Assembly (NCBI GenBank): GCA_010015805.1
Contig: ML978124.1
Coordinates: forward strand, 1,116,001-1,180,000
Source of the DNA: Rhizodiscina lignyota
Lineage: Eukaryota
Length of the DNA stretch: 64,000 nt
Direction of reading: 5' to 3'
In this document: positions 49,064 to 60,226 of the stretch, piece after piece
Numbering within the stretch: the stretch's first letter is position 1
Layout of the letters: each line of letters opens with the position of its first letter
Program-made: the position numbers and the translations under genes
Notes under the pieces: model-generated
Database searches by the model: none
Told to the model about the DNA's origin: nothing
Seen by the model: the letters and a program-made list of their open reading frames with translations, nothing else

Positions 49064-50857
49064 ATGAACATGTGTCAGAATACAATCTCCAACACGACGA
49101 GTAAAGACTCACAAGCTTTTCTGGATCCAGAAAAGGTACGTTAAATGTCATTCGGTGCGATACATAGAGTGTGCGCTTGAGCGACGCATATCCCCCCCTG
49201 CTTGGCCAGTTCCCGTCACGCATCACATGCTTGTATGGCTGGAAAAATATAACTGTTTAAGCGGAATTGCTTCTATTATTAATCTAAAGGTCACTATTTC
49301 TACAATATATATGTTATCTAGTAATATATATGAAAGCGGGAGAGCTTCGAGGGCAAGATAGACGAATTTGACGTTGCTAGCTTTGTGATTTGATGATTAT
49401 ACGCGTCGCTGAAGCTCATACACTGCACAATTCACGAGCGCGTCCCCCTGGAGAATAAACATTCTAATTCTGTGCCTTAGAAATCCAACCGCATCAATGT
49501 CGACGAAGAGAATCCTGAACAACGAGTCAGCTGGGCAAATGGCGCCATCGAGGATGTCCCCGTCACCGAAACAGCCTTTGGAAACCCAGAGACAGCGGAA
49601 GTCAAGTTCATAACCATGCACTGGTGGCAAGTCGGAGTCCACATGATCGCCGAAACAATCTCCCTTGGAGTGCTCAGCTTGCCGCACGTCCTGAAAACTC
49701 TTGGCCTATTCTGGGGACTCTTCTGCATCCTGTCCTTTGGCATGCTTGCAACTTACAACGGCTACGTCTATGGCCAGTTTTTCAGGGCAAATAAGGCAAT
49801 AGCCAGTGTAGCAGATGCCGCAAATGTCGTCGGGGGTCGTTACGCCAAAGAATTCGTCGGAGCGTGTTCCACCATCGTCCTCATCTTCATTATGGCTGCG
49901 CACATATCCACCTTCTCCATGGCGATGAACGTCCTGACCGATCACGGCACCTGTACGACGGTCTTTGCCATCGTGGGGGTAATACTGTCAATCCTCTGTA
50001 CCATTCCAAGGAAGCTGAGCAACATGGCGTGGTTCTCGGTGGCTTCCTGTATCTCTATCGGTGCCGCAGTGTTCATCACCATGATTGGAATCGCCGTCTC
50101 AGACAAGCCCGCGGACCTGCATATCGAGGTATTTGCAACCCCAGGATTCTTGGACGCCATGACTGCCATCCTCAATCTTATCCTTGCCTACGCTGGACAC
50201 GTCGCGTACTTTAGTTTCATTGCAGAGCTGAAACGACCGGAAGACTTCACAAAGTCGCTTGTCATGACCCAGTCGTTTACCACCTTTTTCTACATCATGA
50301 CGTCGGTCGTCATCTATTGCTTTGCTGGAGACCATGTCATGGCACCAGCCCTGGGATCAGCACCTCCACTCATCGAAAAGATTGCCTACGGTGTTGCGAT
50401 GCCAACCATCATCATCGCAGGTGTCATCAACGGTCATGTTGCAGTCAAATATGTCTGGCTACGAATCTGGGAGCACAACAGAAACGAAGTCACCAAAAAC
50501 TCCTTCAAGGCCATAGGGTCATGGATCGGCATCGTGGTTCTAATCTGGATAGCTGCTTGGTTGATTGCTGAGGGCATTCCTTCGTTCCAACTGCTGCTTG
50601 CCTTGGTCAGTGCCCTTTTCATGGGGTGGTTCAGCTACGGCTTCAGTGGGATATTCTGGTGGAACATCAACTGGAGCAGCTGGCGTTCGAGCAAGCGCAA
50701 GATATGCCTGGCTGTTCTCAACTCCACGATCATCGTCATTGGTGCTTTAATCTGCATCATTGGCCTCTATGCGACTGCCAAGAATCTCGCAAACGGCGCC
50801 GGAGGCAGCTCGTTTTCCTGTGGAGACAACTCAACTCCGGATGCTCAAGGTCATTAG
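49064..50857 (+). CDS. Neutral amino acid permease (Aa_trans/AAAP, Mtr-like); exons 49064-49135, 49481-50857
   Basis: MHWWQVGVHMIAETISLGVLSLP, AYAGHVAYFSFIAELKRPEDF, PALGSA and KIAYGVAMP, with about 11 hydrophobic segments. Exon 1 joins in phase via GTACGT..TAG. Confidence 0.88.
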
Positions 50858-51383
50858 AGGTCACCTGAAGGGTTCAAAGGACGGGATATGGTTGTCTCGA
50901 TGTAACCATAATGGATACTTGAAGGGGTACGAATGGAAACCTGTACGGCATACTCAGGAAGTGCACGGAGAATGTTTCGGACAAGGTTATGGAGGGCGAA
51001 TAGGATCGTCGATTTGGGAACTGGACGGAGACTTGCCCGAGATGCATTTGTTTGGCGTTTGGCGTCTTGCTATTCCTTGATTCAGCATGCCCTAGTATAG
51101 TCGTTACTGTACATTAGTCCTTTAAGTCAATTAATACATTGTATGCTTATTTGCTACAGTGCTCTCTCAATAGAGTATCGTGTCAACGCCACTATCGAGC
51201 AGCATGTACCACAAAGAGCAGCATTAAGCCCGTCGGGCTCCTCGCATCCCTCGAATCGAGCGAATGGTGTAGAGCGTGTGTGGTACTGTGCCTCTGAGCA
51301 TCTGCGAGGCAGACACCGGTCGTCGAAGGTATTCAGCCGAGAAGCAACTTGATTGGCGCGAAAACCTCACCACGGGCACTCCC

Positions 51384-51390
51384 TTGGCGG
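51384..51390 (-). promoter_or_regulatory. Candidate galacturonate-responsive element (CCNCCAA) upstream of the repressor gene
   Basis: TTGGCGG on + equals CCGCCAA on -, about 420 bp upstream of ATG 51811. The motif is short and could occur by chance. Confidence 0.3.
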
Positions 51391-51810
51391 TAAGGGATTA
51401 TCCCGAGCAGGCACCTCACGCTGCAACGACCGAGCAAAGAAGATCTTTGTTTCGCAGTCGGCTGCGATCGGCTGCCGCTTGCTGAAGACGTACCCACAAG
51501 ACGGATTTTCTTCTTGAAACCCAATTGTCCGCCTGTCGCATCACGAAGACCTACGTATCTGACAGTCCCACTGTTTCCCATACTTATCTCCTGCCGTCCA
51601 TGCATCCAGCCTCGTGCATCTACCGAGCTCCATTCTTGCATGTATAAGGCGAATACCTCTTGCTCGAAGACGCGCGAAGTCTCTCTGGCTCTGCTCTTCA
51701 GCATGAACGGGAGAATTGTCCAGCAACTAAACGCTTCCCGTCGTGCTCACATCGAGACCCAGTTGCGCATCAACGGCTTCAATACATACGGCTGAGTTCC
51801 TCCTGCTGTC

Positions 51811-53853
51811 ATGGCCGTGCTGCATGATCGACTCCCCTCTCCTCCAGTGATTGAAGAACCATTCTCCATTCTCAAGGAGGGCAAGGCCCAGGCAATGGTG
51901 GAGGTCATGGACGTTGCGGACGTGGCGGACGCGGAAAAACAGCTTGTCGTCCTCTTCGAGGATGGGGAACAGGACATTGTGGAGTTGATAGCAGACGTTT
52001 TAGGGCGGCGTTGGAACATTTCGCCGGTCATTTCGGATGCTGAGAAACACCCTGATGCCACTGTTGTGGGCGTGCCAAAGGGCGGACTCTCCTCGTCCCC
52101 GATTGAGGAGAGCGGAAGCTCGAGGGTCTTGTTGTATGCTCATTGTGTGGATGGCAACCGTTCGCCCAACGAGCATCTGCGGCGCCTGTGCAAATACGAG
52201 TATCTCTACAGCAGATCAAAGTACCTTCGACGCGACTTGACGCGTTTCCTTTCATTCATTCTAGGCCAAATTAGCCACCACCAAGACTTTGCAACGAGAC
52301 CCCGAACCACCGAGCTTTGCACGACCTTCCCAGATGTCCACACTGCGCTGCCGAACCTCGAGATCCTCTCCGTTGGTGCCGATGCCGTGGAGCTCCGAGT
52401 CGACCTCCTTAAAGAGCCGACGCAAAATGCCACCCCAGGCGCCGTGCCCAGCCTGAAATACGTTGGCCAGCAGCTGCTCGCTCTGCGCCAACGCACAGAG
52501 CTGCCCATCATCTTCACGACAAGATGTACAAAAGAGAATGGAAGATTTCCCATGGACGATCCGGGGCTGTTCTATGAATACCTTTACCAGGCTATCAAGT
52601 GGGGAGTCGAGTACATCGATGTCGAACTTTGGCTCCCAGAGGACATCAGACGGAGATTGTCAGAGCAAAAAGGAAACAGCAAGATCATCTCTGCGTTTCA
52701 TGACTTTTCGGGCAATTTCCGATGGGCGTCGCCAGAGGCTGAGCAGTTATTCAAGGACGGCGCAGTATACGGCGATGTGGTCAAGATGATTGCGCTGGTG
52801 AATACGATGCAGGAGAATTACGAACTCGAGTACTTCCGAACAATGATCCAAAGCAAGTATCCGACTCCGCCATTCTCCGGTCTCAACATGGGCCCGATGG
52901 GACAGCTTTCGCGAACTCTTAACAAAATCTTCACCCCCATCACGCATCCGTTGCTGCCGATGATTGCCGCTCCTGGGCAGCTCAGTGCGGCGGAAATCAA
53001 CTCTGCGCTTTACAGTATGGGAAATATGCCAAAGCTAGACATCTATGGTATCGGGCCTCTGCGATCTGCAGTCTCTCCGCTCTTCTTTGAGAGGTGCTTC
53101 AATGAGCTCAGCCTTCCACATCGGTTCGTATTCAGCGAGCGACCCGCTAAAGATACACTCGATCTAATCACACGCAATCCCGCGTTTGGTGGCGCATACC
53201 TGAATCCTCCGATAGCGACTGCCACTGCGAGACTTCCGAACTTCACTGATGCAGCAAAAGCAATCGGGCAAGTGGACACCGTCCTTGTTACTTCTTCAAC
53301 GGCAAAGAGCAATGTATGCGTTGGTGCAAACGTTACTTGGAAAGGCATCAGAGCGACGTTATGTCGCGACTTCGTACCCTCTGCGTACAAAGGCAGTGCC
53401 GCTCTGATACTAGCTAATGCTGAGGCTGACGCAACCGCCGCAATTTTTGCCCTCAAGAGCCTAGGGATTGGACCCATTTATACGGTCGGCTTTCAGGGCC
53501 AGAGTGCATTGACTCAAGACACTCATCCCGTGCGATCGGTCGAAGACATGAAGCTACTGGAACATCCCTTTGCAGTGATCTCTGCGCTGCCATCGGACAA
53601 GTCGATGCTTGTCGGCCCGCTTCTTAAGTACTACGGCGCGGCTGAGCGAAGAAACGGTGCAACAACAGGTAAAGTTTTCGTGGACCTCGCAGATGGGCTC
53701 AAAAGAACGGATCCACTCAGCGTTGCTACATCTCTTGGATGGACAGCATATGGCATTGCCGACGTGAGGGCGTGGACGACTGTCGAGAGAATTAGACTCG
53801 TTGTCGGCGAAACAATCTGCTTCGACTTTTGCCGCGCGTTCAGCAACTCCTGA
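51811..53853 (+). CDS. gaaX: AROM-derived transcriptional repressor (degenerate shikimate-kinase-like, type I DHQase and shikimate-DH-like domains), probably GaaX
   Basis: GADAVELRVDLL, LPIIFTTRCTKENGRF, YIDVEL, KIISAFHDF, NMGPMGQLSR and AAPGQLS (DHQase I fold). The shikimate DH part is degenerate (AIGQVDTV, GANVTWKGI). The 680-aa ORF lacks the AROM N-terminal domains and sits next to a Zn2Cys6 gene. Confidence 0.75.
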   Translation: MAVLHDRLPSPPVIEEPFSILKEGKAQAMVEVMDVADVADAEKQLVVLFEDGEQDIVELIADVLGRRWNISPVISDAEKHPDATVVGVPKGGLSSSPIEESGSSRVLLYAHCVDGNRSPNEHLRRLCKYEYLYSRSKYLRRDLTRFLSFILGQISHHQDFATRPRTTELCTTFPDVHTALPNLEILSVGADAVELRVDLLKEPTQNATPGAVPSLKYVGQQLLALRQRTELPIIFTTRCTKENGRFPMDDPGLFYEYLYQAIKWGVEYIDVELWLPEDIRRRLSEQKGNSKIISAFHDFSGNFRWASPEAEQLFKDGAVYGDVVKMIALVNTMQENYELEYFRTMIQSKYPTPPFSGLNMGPMGQLSRTLNKIFTPITHPLLPMIAAPGQLSAAEINSALYSMGNMPKLDIYGIGPLRSAVSPLFFERCFNELSLPHRFVFSERPAKDTLDLITRNPAFGGAYLNPPIATATARLPNFTDAAKAIGQVDTVLVTSSTAKSNVCVGANVTWKGIRATLCRDFVPSAYKGSAALILANAEADATAAIFALKSLGIGPIYTVGFQGQSALTQDTHPVRSVEDMKLLEHPFAVISALPSDKSMLVGPLLKYYGAAERRNGATTGKVFVDLADGLKRTDPLSVATSLGWTAYGIADVRAWTTVERIRLVVGETICFDFCRAFSNS

Positions 53854-55052
53854 GAGCAACGTGAAGCATTTAGCCCGGAGTCGAATAGTCATTCGTCTAG
53901 AAAGAAGCGGTGCAATAACCAAAGATTGCAAGGCGGAGTTGGGTGGAGTCATGTGCGATCCGTGTTGGCGATTTCGTTCATCTATATAATATACTGCTAG
54001 GTTTTTGCGCAGAGATGCTCATTATCCTATGTAAAGACGCAAATGTTACCTTGTTTGGACAGGGATGTTCGCCATCATGTTCGACCGAGGTGGGTACACT
54101 CTGCCCTCCTCCTTCTAGCATCTTAGCGACATTGGGGACCTAGTTCTCTCGGCTCTCCGCATTTCAGGGTCCTTTCAGGAAGTCACCAGATATGGAGATC
54201 TTTTGTGCCTGGAGAAGATGCAAATCTTATTCAGCCTCGACTTCCACTTGCCCGCTCCAAGCTCAACGCCAAGATCTGGCAGGGTTCAGGCTAAATGCAG
54301 TTCAATTGGCATTCGCGCACGTTGAATTTATCCCCGAGATGCCCCAGAAATACCCCGCAAAAGGGATCTTTCGCCGATCTCCTGCTCACTCTGGTTCGCC
54401 TGTTTGCAGTGATAAGTGTGAGGCACAGACACCTCGCGAACAGGCGCGTGGCTGGTAAATCAAACGGCGCCAAACGGTGAAGCAGGACCTGGCTCCGCCA
54501 TTTTACAGCCCTCAACAGCAACTGATGATTACAGGCACGAGGCGAGGCATGCATTGTCATCCCCCAGTTATCCAGCGAGCCTCGTGTAAGTGGTCCTGCA
54601 TCGAAGGCCCACCAAGCTATTCTAGAAAGGCTGCGCTGCACGACACCAGCAATTTTGCTAGCCACCGGCGACCGGGCCTAGGATGTTACCTCACGCTACA
54701 CCGTCGCAACTTATGAGATGGCAAAAGCTACCCCGGCAGCGAACCCTCCCGGTGGAGTGTGATGACCGATACTAGCCCTGAAGGCCATCTATTTCGACTT
54801 ATGTTCTGCCATCCTAGTTTCCTTGCAGCTGTCCTGCTGCGCTCCCCGCTTGCTGGACCCACGACAAGCTCCCAGTCGCTCCAGCTCATAACCTCCAGCT
54901 TCTCCGCCTTCTGGGTGGATCTTGTTGCGCTCGACCCTTTTCTGCGCCTCTCTAACTCTTCTTTCCGTGCCTATGTAGGGTTTTACGGCTCATTTATCGG
55001 ACATGTCTGTCGTCCACACGACTTGAAGAGTATTTGACAGTTTGCGACGAGG

Positions 55053-57748
55053 ATGTCACGCCCTCAAATTGGGATTGATCGCCTTCCAGCTCGCAGGATG
55101 AGCAGTGAACCGAGGGAGTCAATGAATTGTAAAAGCTGTCGAAAGCGCAAGGTACGTACGAACTGCCGACTTGATGATTTTAAATATTCTTACACGGCTT
55201 TCATCAGATAAAATGCAATCGGCTCCGGCCTGCGTGCGAGGCCTGCCAGGTCTTCGCCTGTCCATGCATTTACGGTTCGGAACCATTGCACCTGTAATCA
55301 GAAACGCACACAACTCACACACCTCTAGATGCCATTCCGAAAAAGCGCGGTCCCAAAACCGATATTCTCGAGTCTCTCCTCAAGCGTGTTGACGGCCTGG
55401 AAAAAAGGCTAAAGACTGAATCCTCACCAACCGAGGCATCTGCTCCGGAAGCTGGTCCCGCTACTACAGAGGAGTCGGATGGTGAGACTGTATCAGCACA
55501 GCAAATCGACACCAGCGACACGGCGAGAAAAGATTCGCAATCGATGAAAGTATCTCCAATATACCCAAGGTCAGTTCCACATTATGGAATGCCTGATAAG
55601 CCACTAATTCTCGACAGTCCGACGAGCCCCTCTGTATTTCCAGAGGTTCTACTCGACACTTTTTTCACTAGAATCCATGGAAAGCCTTATTATATCCTCG
55701 ATGAAGCGGCTACGAGGCAGAGGGCTCAGACTAACCAGCTGCCCCCATACCTCGCTTTGGCCATATACGCTCTAAGCGCCAGGTTCGTTCTCATCTCATA
55801 ATGAAGCTCGACATGATCACTGAATGTTTTGAAGGTATGCACCCAACAGCGCAGGGTACAATGCCGCTGTCCGGCTGGGAGAGGATTATGCAAGTCGAGC
55901 GCGTGCCGAATTAGACATAGACGAGCCTTCGATAGAGGCTCTCCAGGCCTTACTGTTACTCAGCCAATGCGGCTTTCAATCCGGAAAGGGGAAGAAAGCG
56001 TATATGTACCTTGGTGTGTAACTTGCCTCGAGATTTCATGCATAAACTAACTGTACAGCCTCTGCAACTTCTATGGCACTTGCATTACAACTTCACCGCG
56101 AGCTCCCACCGACAGCACATGTTGTTGCGAACGAGAGAGAGGGACGTCGAAGATTGTTCTGGGCTTGCTATCTTATGGATCGATTTGCCGCGTGTGGTTC
56201 GAAACGCCCCTCCCTGATTGCAGATGAATCGGTTATTCTACGCCTACCCTCATGGCAGCTCCATCAAGGCACAATAGCAGTTGAAGGCGACTACTTCCCT
56301 AATGGGTCAAACGCCCAGTACATGGGAGGACACGGCCGGCCTGGTCAAGGTGGTTCAGCCATGTTGATTGGAGTCTGTCGAATCCTTGGAATCACCAATC
56401 GCTACCTCGCTGCTGGCGGAGTCAAGGGTGACTCACACTTCCCCTGGCATTCCCTATCAAACCTCTCCAAGATACGGCAGGACCTCGATATGTGGGCTGC
56501 TGAGACTCAAGAAACTTTCACCTCTTTGGATAGCCTCTTCGGACAACCGGACAGCACGATACTCGTTTTGAGCAAGTTGATTTACCACCTGATACACTGC
56601 CTGGTATACCGGCCCTTCCTCCCAATCGACCTCGCGGAGCTGTCTGGCAACAGCCAGCATCAATCTTGGCAGGTCGAGTCAACGAATCTCTGTTTCCTGC
56701 ATGCAAACGCAATCGCAGAACTTGTTGAGATCGGGAAGGCCTCCTCCATCATCGACTGGCCAGGCTTTGTCGGCTTCTGCGTTTGCGTAGCTGGGACAAT
56801 ACACGTCCATGGCGCACACTATCCCGCCCGGGAAGGCGAGGTTTTCTCGGCGAGTGGTGAATTCCTCGCCAGGGAGATGCAACAATTGTCGGATCTGAAA
56901 TTCATCTGGGCTGGAGTGCAGCATCAACGGGACACCCTGCAAGGGGTTTATAGCGCTCACGCCGAGTTAGTCAAGTCGTTGGCTTCCAATCCTGTGCGCT
57001 TCTCGCCCGTCTTCCAGTTGGAAGACTTTTACGACCGCTATGCAGGACACTGCTTTGAGGGTGCGCACGTTGCTCTTGCAGATCTTGTGGTTGATCCCGT
57101 GCATGAGAGGTATGCGAAGTTGTGATTCCTTTCAGAGCGTCGATCGTATGATTGACCTTTAATATTAGCATCTCGTACGGGAACCCCAGTCAACCAAATA
57201 GCTCTTCATACGTCCAGCAAGCGTCTCAACAGGCGCTGCTACATGCTCAGCAACAGTTTGGCAGCTTTTCGGCGCCCCAGAACAACCGGAAGAGGCGGAG
57301 AACAACAGCCCCTTCACAACCCCAGATCTCTACAATGACCAGCCATCCTGCTGGAGAGATGTTCTCACCGACATCTGAACCAACTCGGCAGGGCTCGATA
57401 GGAAGTCAAGCGTCTACTGCAGCATTAACGAACGATGTCTTCAGTAATGACAGCACAACCATCCAGCCATTCTCACCCATCATGGAGTACCCGATGGAGC
57501 CCGTTGGCAAGGGCCATTTGGATCCCATGAACCATCTAGACCCCATGCTAAGTCTGCCGACACCAAAGGAACATCAAGACAATGACGGTCTGGCTGATGG
57601 AGCCATAGCTGAAGCGACGCAGCACATGCAAGTAGCCCAGCAGGACGGCGATAACGACCCGTTCTTGACGCTGCTTCAACAGCTCGCAGAGAACGAGCAG
57701 TCGAGGGGAGGGCCAAGTGAGCTCGACTTCTTCCTGAGCAATACATGA
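55053..57748 (+). CDS. gaaR: Zn(II)2Cys6 transcription factor with fungal TF domain, probably GaaR; multi-exon
   Basis: Spliced cluster [41 protein letters not shown] (introns 55152-55207, 55275-55328), [16 protein letters not shown], and an acidic tail [10 protein letters not shown]. The gaaR call rests on adjacency to the repressor and remembered sequence. Confidence 0.75.
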
Positions 57749-58742
57749 TTTTTGATGAATGAACGATGCTGATGACGATGCGAATGTTCGGACCGCTATG
57801 GAAGACCGACATGCACTATACCTTTCTGTAAATACTTGAGATACCACTTTGTATTTTGTGCGTTGGGCATAACAGCTTCAGGTACGGAGATTTGTGGGAC
57901 CACATTGACTTGTCCAGGGCTCAGCACCTTCGCTTTCGCTGTGACTTCATAGAGGAATTAATAAATGAAGCCATCCAAATTTCCGATGGGGGCTATTTGG
58001 CCGTTTCGCTTGGCGGAGGCTTCCCCGTATTTCGCACGACGCAAGCCACTCCCACAATGATCTGCGCCGAGTGCAGCCAATGAATGCGCCCAGATCACGC
58101 GCTGCTGCAACACAATATTGAGCCGCGCAGCACACCACATTCAACGCCCTCTCGTCTGGTCTCACCTCGCCGCCCTCGTGAATTCCTTACATCCGGACAA
58201 GGTCGTGCAGACTCGCGTATGCCAGCTGCAATTGCCACTCAACACGTCCGCATTGTCCATAAGCTGGCAGCGTCTGAAATGAGCGCCGGTGACTGGGGAA
58301 TGTCCGTATGATGTATAGATTCCAATGGCGCCAGCTTCATTTCGTATAGCCGCGACCTGCTCTCCACACCTTTCCGCTGCGCGGCCGCCAGCCCGGGTCC
58401 GCCAGTGGCTCTCCACACGGCTCACGGTATGCACAGTGTGGACGCGCTTGCAGAACTGGGTCCATCTCTATACCGTTTTGGAGTTTCCCGACATCTGTGC
58501 AGGGGGGAGGGTCAACAAGCCCGGTCCCATTAAAATCTTCAGCGGCCTCCTGTCTCGCTTTTCTCCTCCATCTCATCCACACTCGTTGCTTGCAAGAGTC
58601 ACAGCGTGCTTTCTTCGTTTGGACAGTCGTTTCCAGGACAATTGGTAAACCATATCGTATCTTTAAATAATACCGCTTCTCTTCTCCTGAACATATTTCC
58701 ACGCGCCTTCGCCCTCTTCCAAAAGCAACTCCGTCCATCAAA

Positions 58743-59577
58743 ATGCGTTTCACCACTGCCGTTGTTCTCATTGCCTCTGCAGGCTTCGCTGCCGCGCAGT
58801 CTGATACCACCGATGCTGCCAGTGCCACTGTCGCTGTCCCAGCCGCTACCGCAACTGCCTCCGTTTCCACTGTCTGCGATGCTGAGAAGTATGTACCTGT
58901 TATACGTCCGAACCCGGAGTGTCTCTAAGTTATGCTTGCTAACGCCATACTCTTACAGCATTGTCAAGACTTGCTTGGCTACAACCCAGGTTCAGGTCGA
59001 CAACTGCGATCAGACAGACTACGAATGCCTGTGCGCAGCATATAACGCTCAATTGACGTACGTCGCCCTTGTTTGCTACGCGCACATCACGACTATTGAA
59101 TTTCGCACCTTGTGAACCGCCTTTGGATGGGAGCTTGCATCTCAAGTCCAGAGATTCCCTAAAGTGGAACATGGAACTGACATCACTGTGAACAGGTGCT
59201 ACAACAACTGCCCCAACGACGCGGGCCGCAGCACTCCTCAGAGCTTCGTCACCTCATATTGCCAGGCAGCATCTGCGTAAGTTTCCTCAACCAGCTTCTC
59301 GGGACCTATGGAGATTTCCGTTCTGACAATCTGCAGTCAATCCTCCCTGACCGCTACTAAATCGACTTCCACCAAGAAGTCGTCTTCCACCGCTTCTTCC
59401 GAATCCTCCGAATCCTCTGCTGCTTCCACTACCTCATCTAGCCCCAGCACCTCGGACACGTCCTCTGCATCGGCTGGCTCTGCATCGGCTTCGTCGACCG
59501 GCGTTGCCAACAACGTGGTTGTTCCGGCCGCTGGCTCGATGCTTGCCATTGTCTTGGGCGTCTTTGGCATGCTGTAA
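58743..59577 (+). CDS. Secreted GPI-anchored Cys/Ser/Thr-rich cell-surface protein (exons 58743-58888, 58959-59057, 59196-59276, 59337-59577)
   Basis: Signal peptide MRFTTAVVLIASAGFAAA, a Cys-rich module (CDAEN..CL..CDQTDYECLC..CYNNCPND..YC), a Ser/Thr stalk and a hydrophobic tail AGSMLAIVLGVFGML. Confidence 0.85.
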
Positions 59578-60226
59578 ATGGTAGCTACGTGGAGAGCTGG
59601 AACGATTTAGGACTATGACATATTGAACATCTGGTTGGATTGCATGTGAAATTTAGCGTGAATTTGGGGGATGAATGGTAGTAGTGGAGGATGTGGCTGT
59701 ATTGTAGTGTTTAATAACAATTGCACATCACCAGTCCTCCAAACTGATGGCTGAATTATTCAGACTCCCCTCTACATTTGTTTTGTGACCTTTCGAAGAC
59801 TTAGTTCCATTCCTCACCAAATTATGACCCTTCGGGACACTAACGTCACTATCGGGTCCACCCGTGATTAAAATGTTCCGATTCGGAGACTAAAGGCAAG
59901 CGTACCAAGTATTCTACGGTCGAGAAAGACCGTTTCAAACATGTGACGGGAAGGGAAAGGTATTAAGGGGTTTCCGAAGTCCTTCCGCAGTCAAGATGGA
60001 CTTCTAAAACTCACTATTTAAACATGTTCTTAATACAGCGCTAGCCAGTTAACGACGAGAATAAACAACTTGGAACCGCTGCCTAGCCGCTCGTACTACT
60101 TCAAGTTAACTTTGCCTCTTGCTTCAATGTACATTAGTTGCTTATCCGTGTCCGTGTACATTGTTTGAATTTATTCATATCTGTCGACTCTGCCATGAGC
60201 GGTCGGGGTAATCTGTGTCGTGTGAT

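Noticed and set aside
51811..53853. Pentafunctional AROM enzyme or quinate (qut/qa) cluster
   Set aside because: DHQ synthase and EPSP synthase domains are absent, the kinase and dehydrogenase motifs are degenerate, and no quinate catabolic genes are adjacent.
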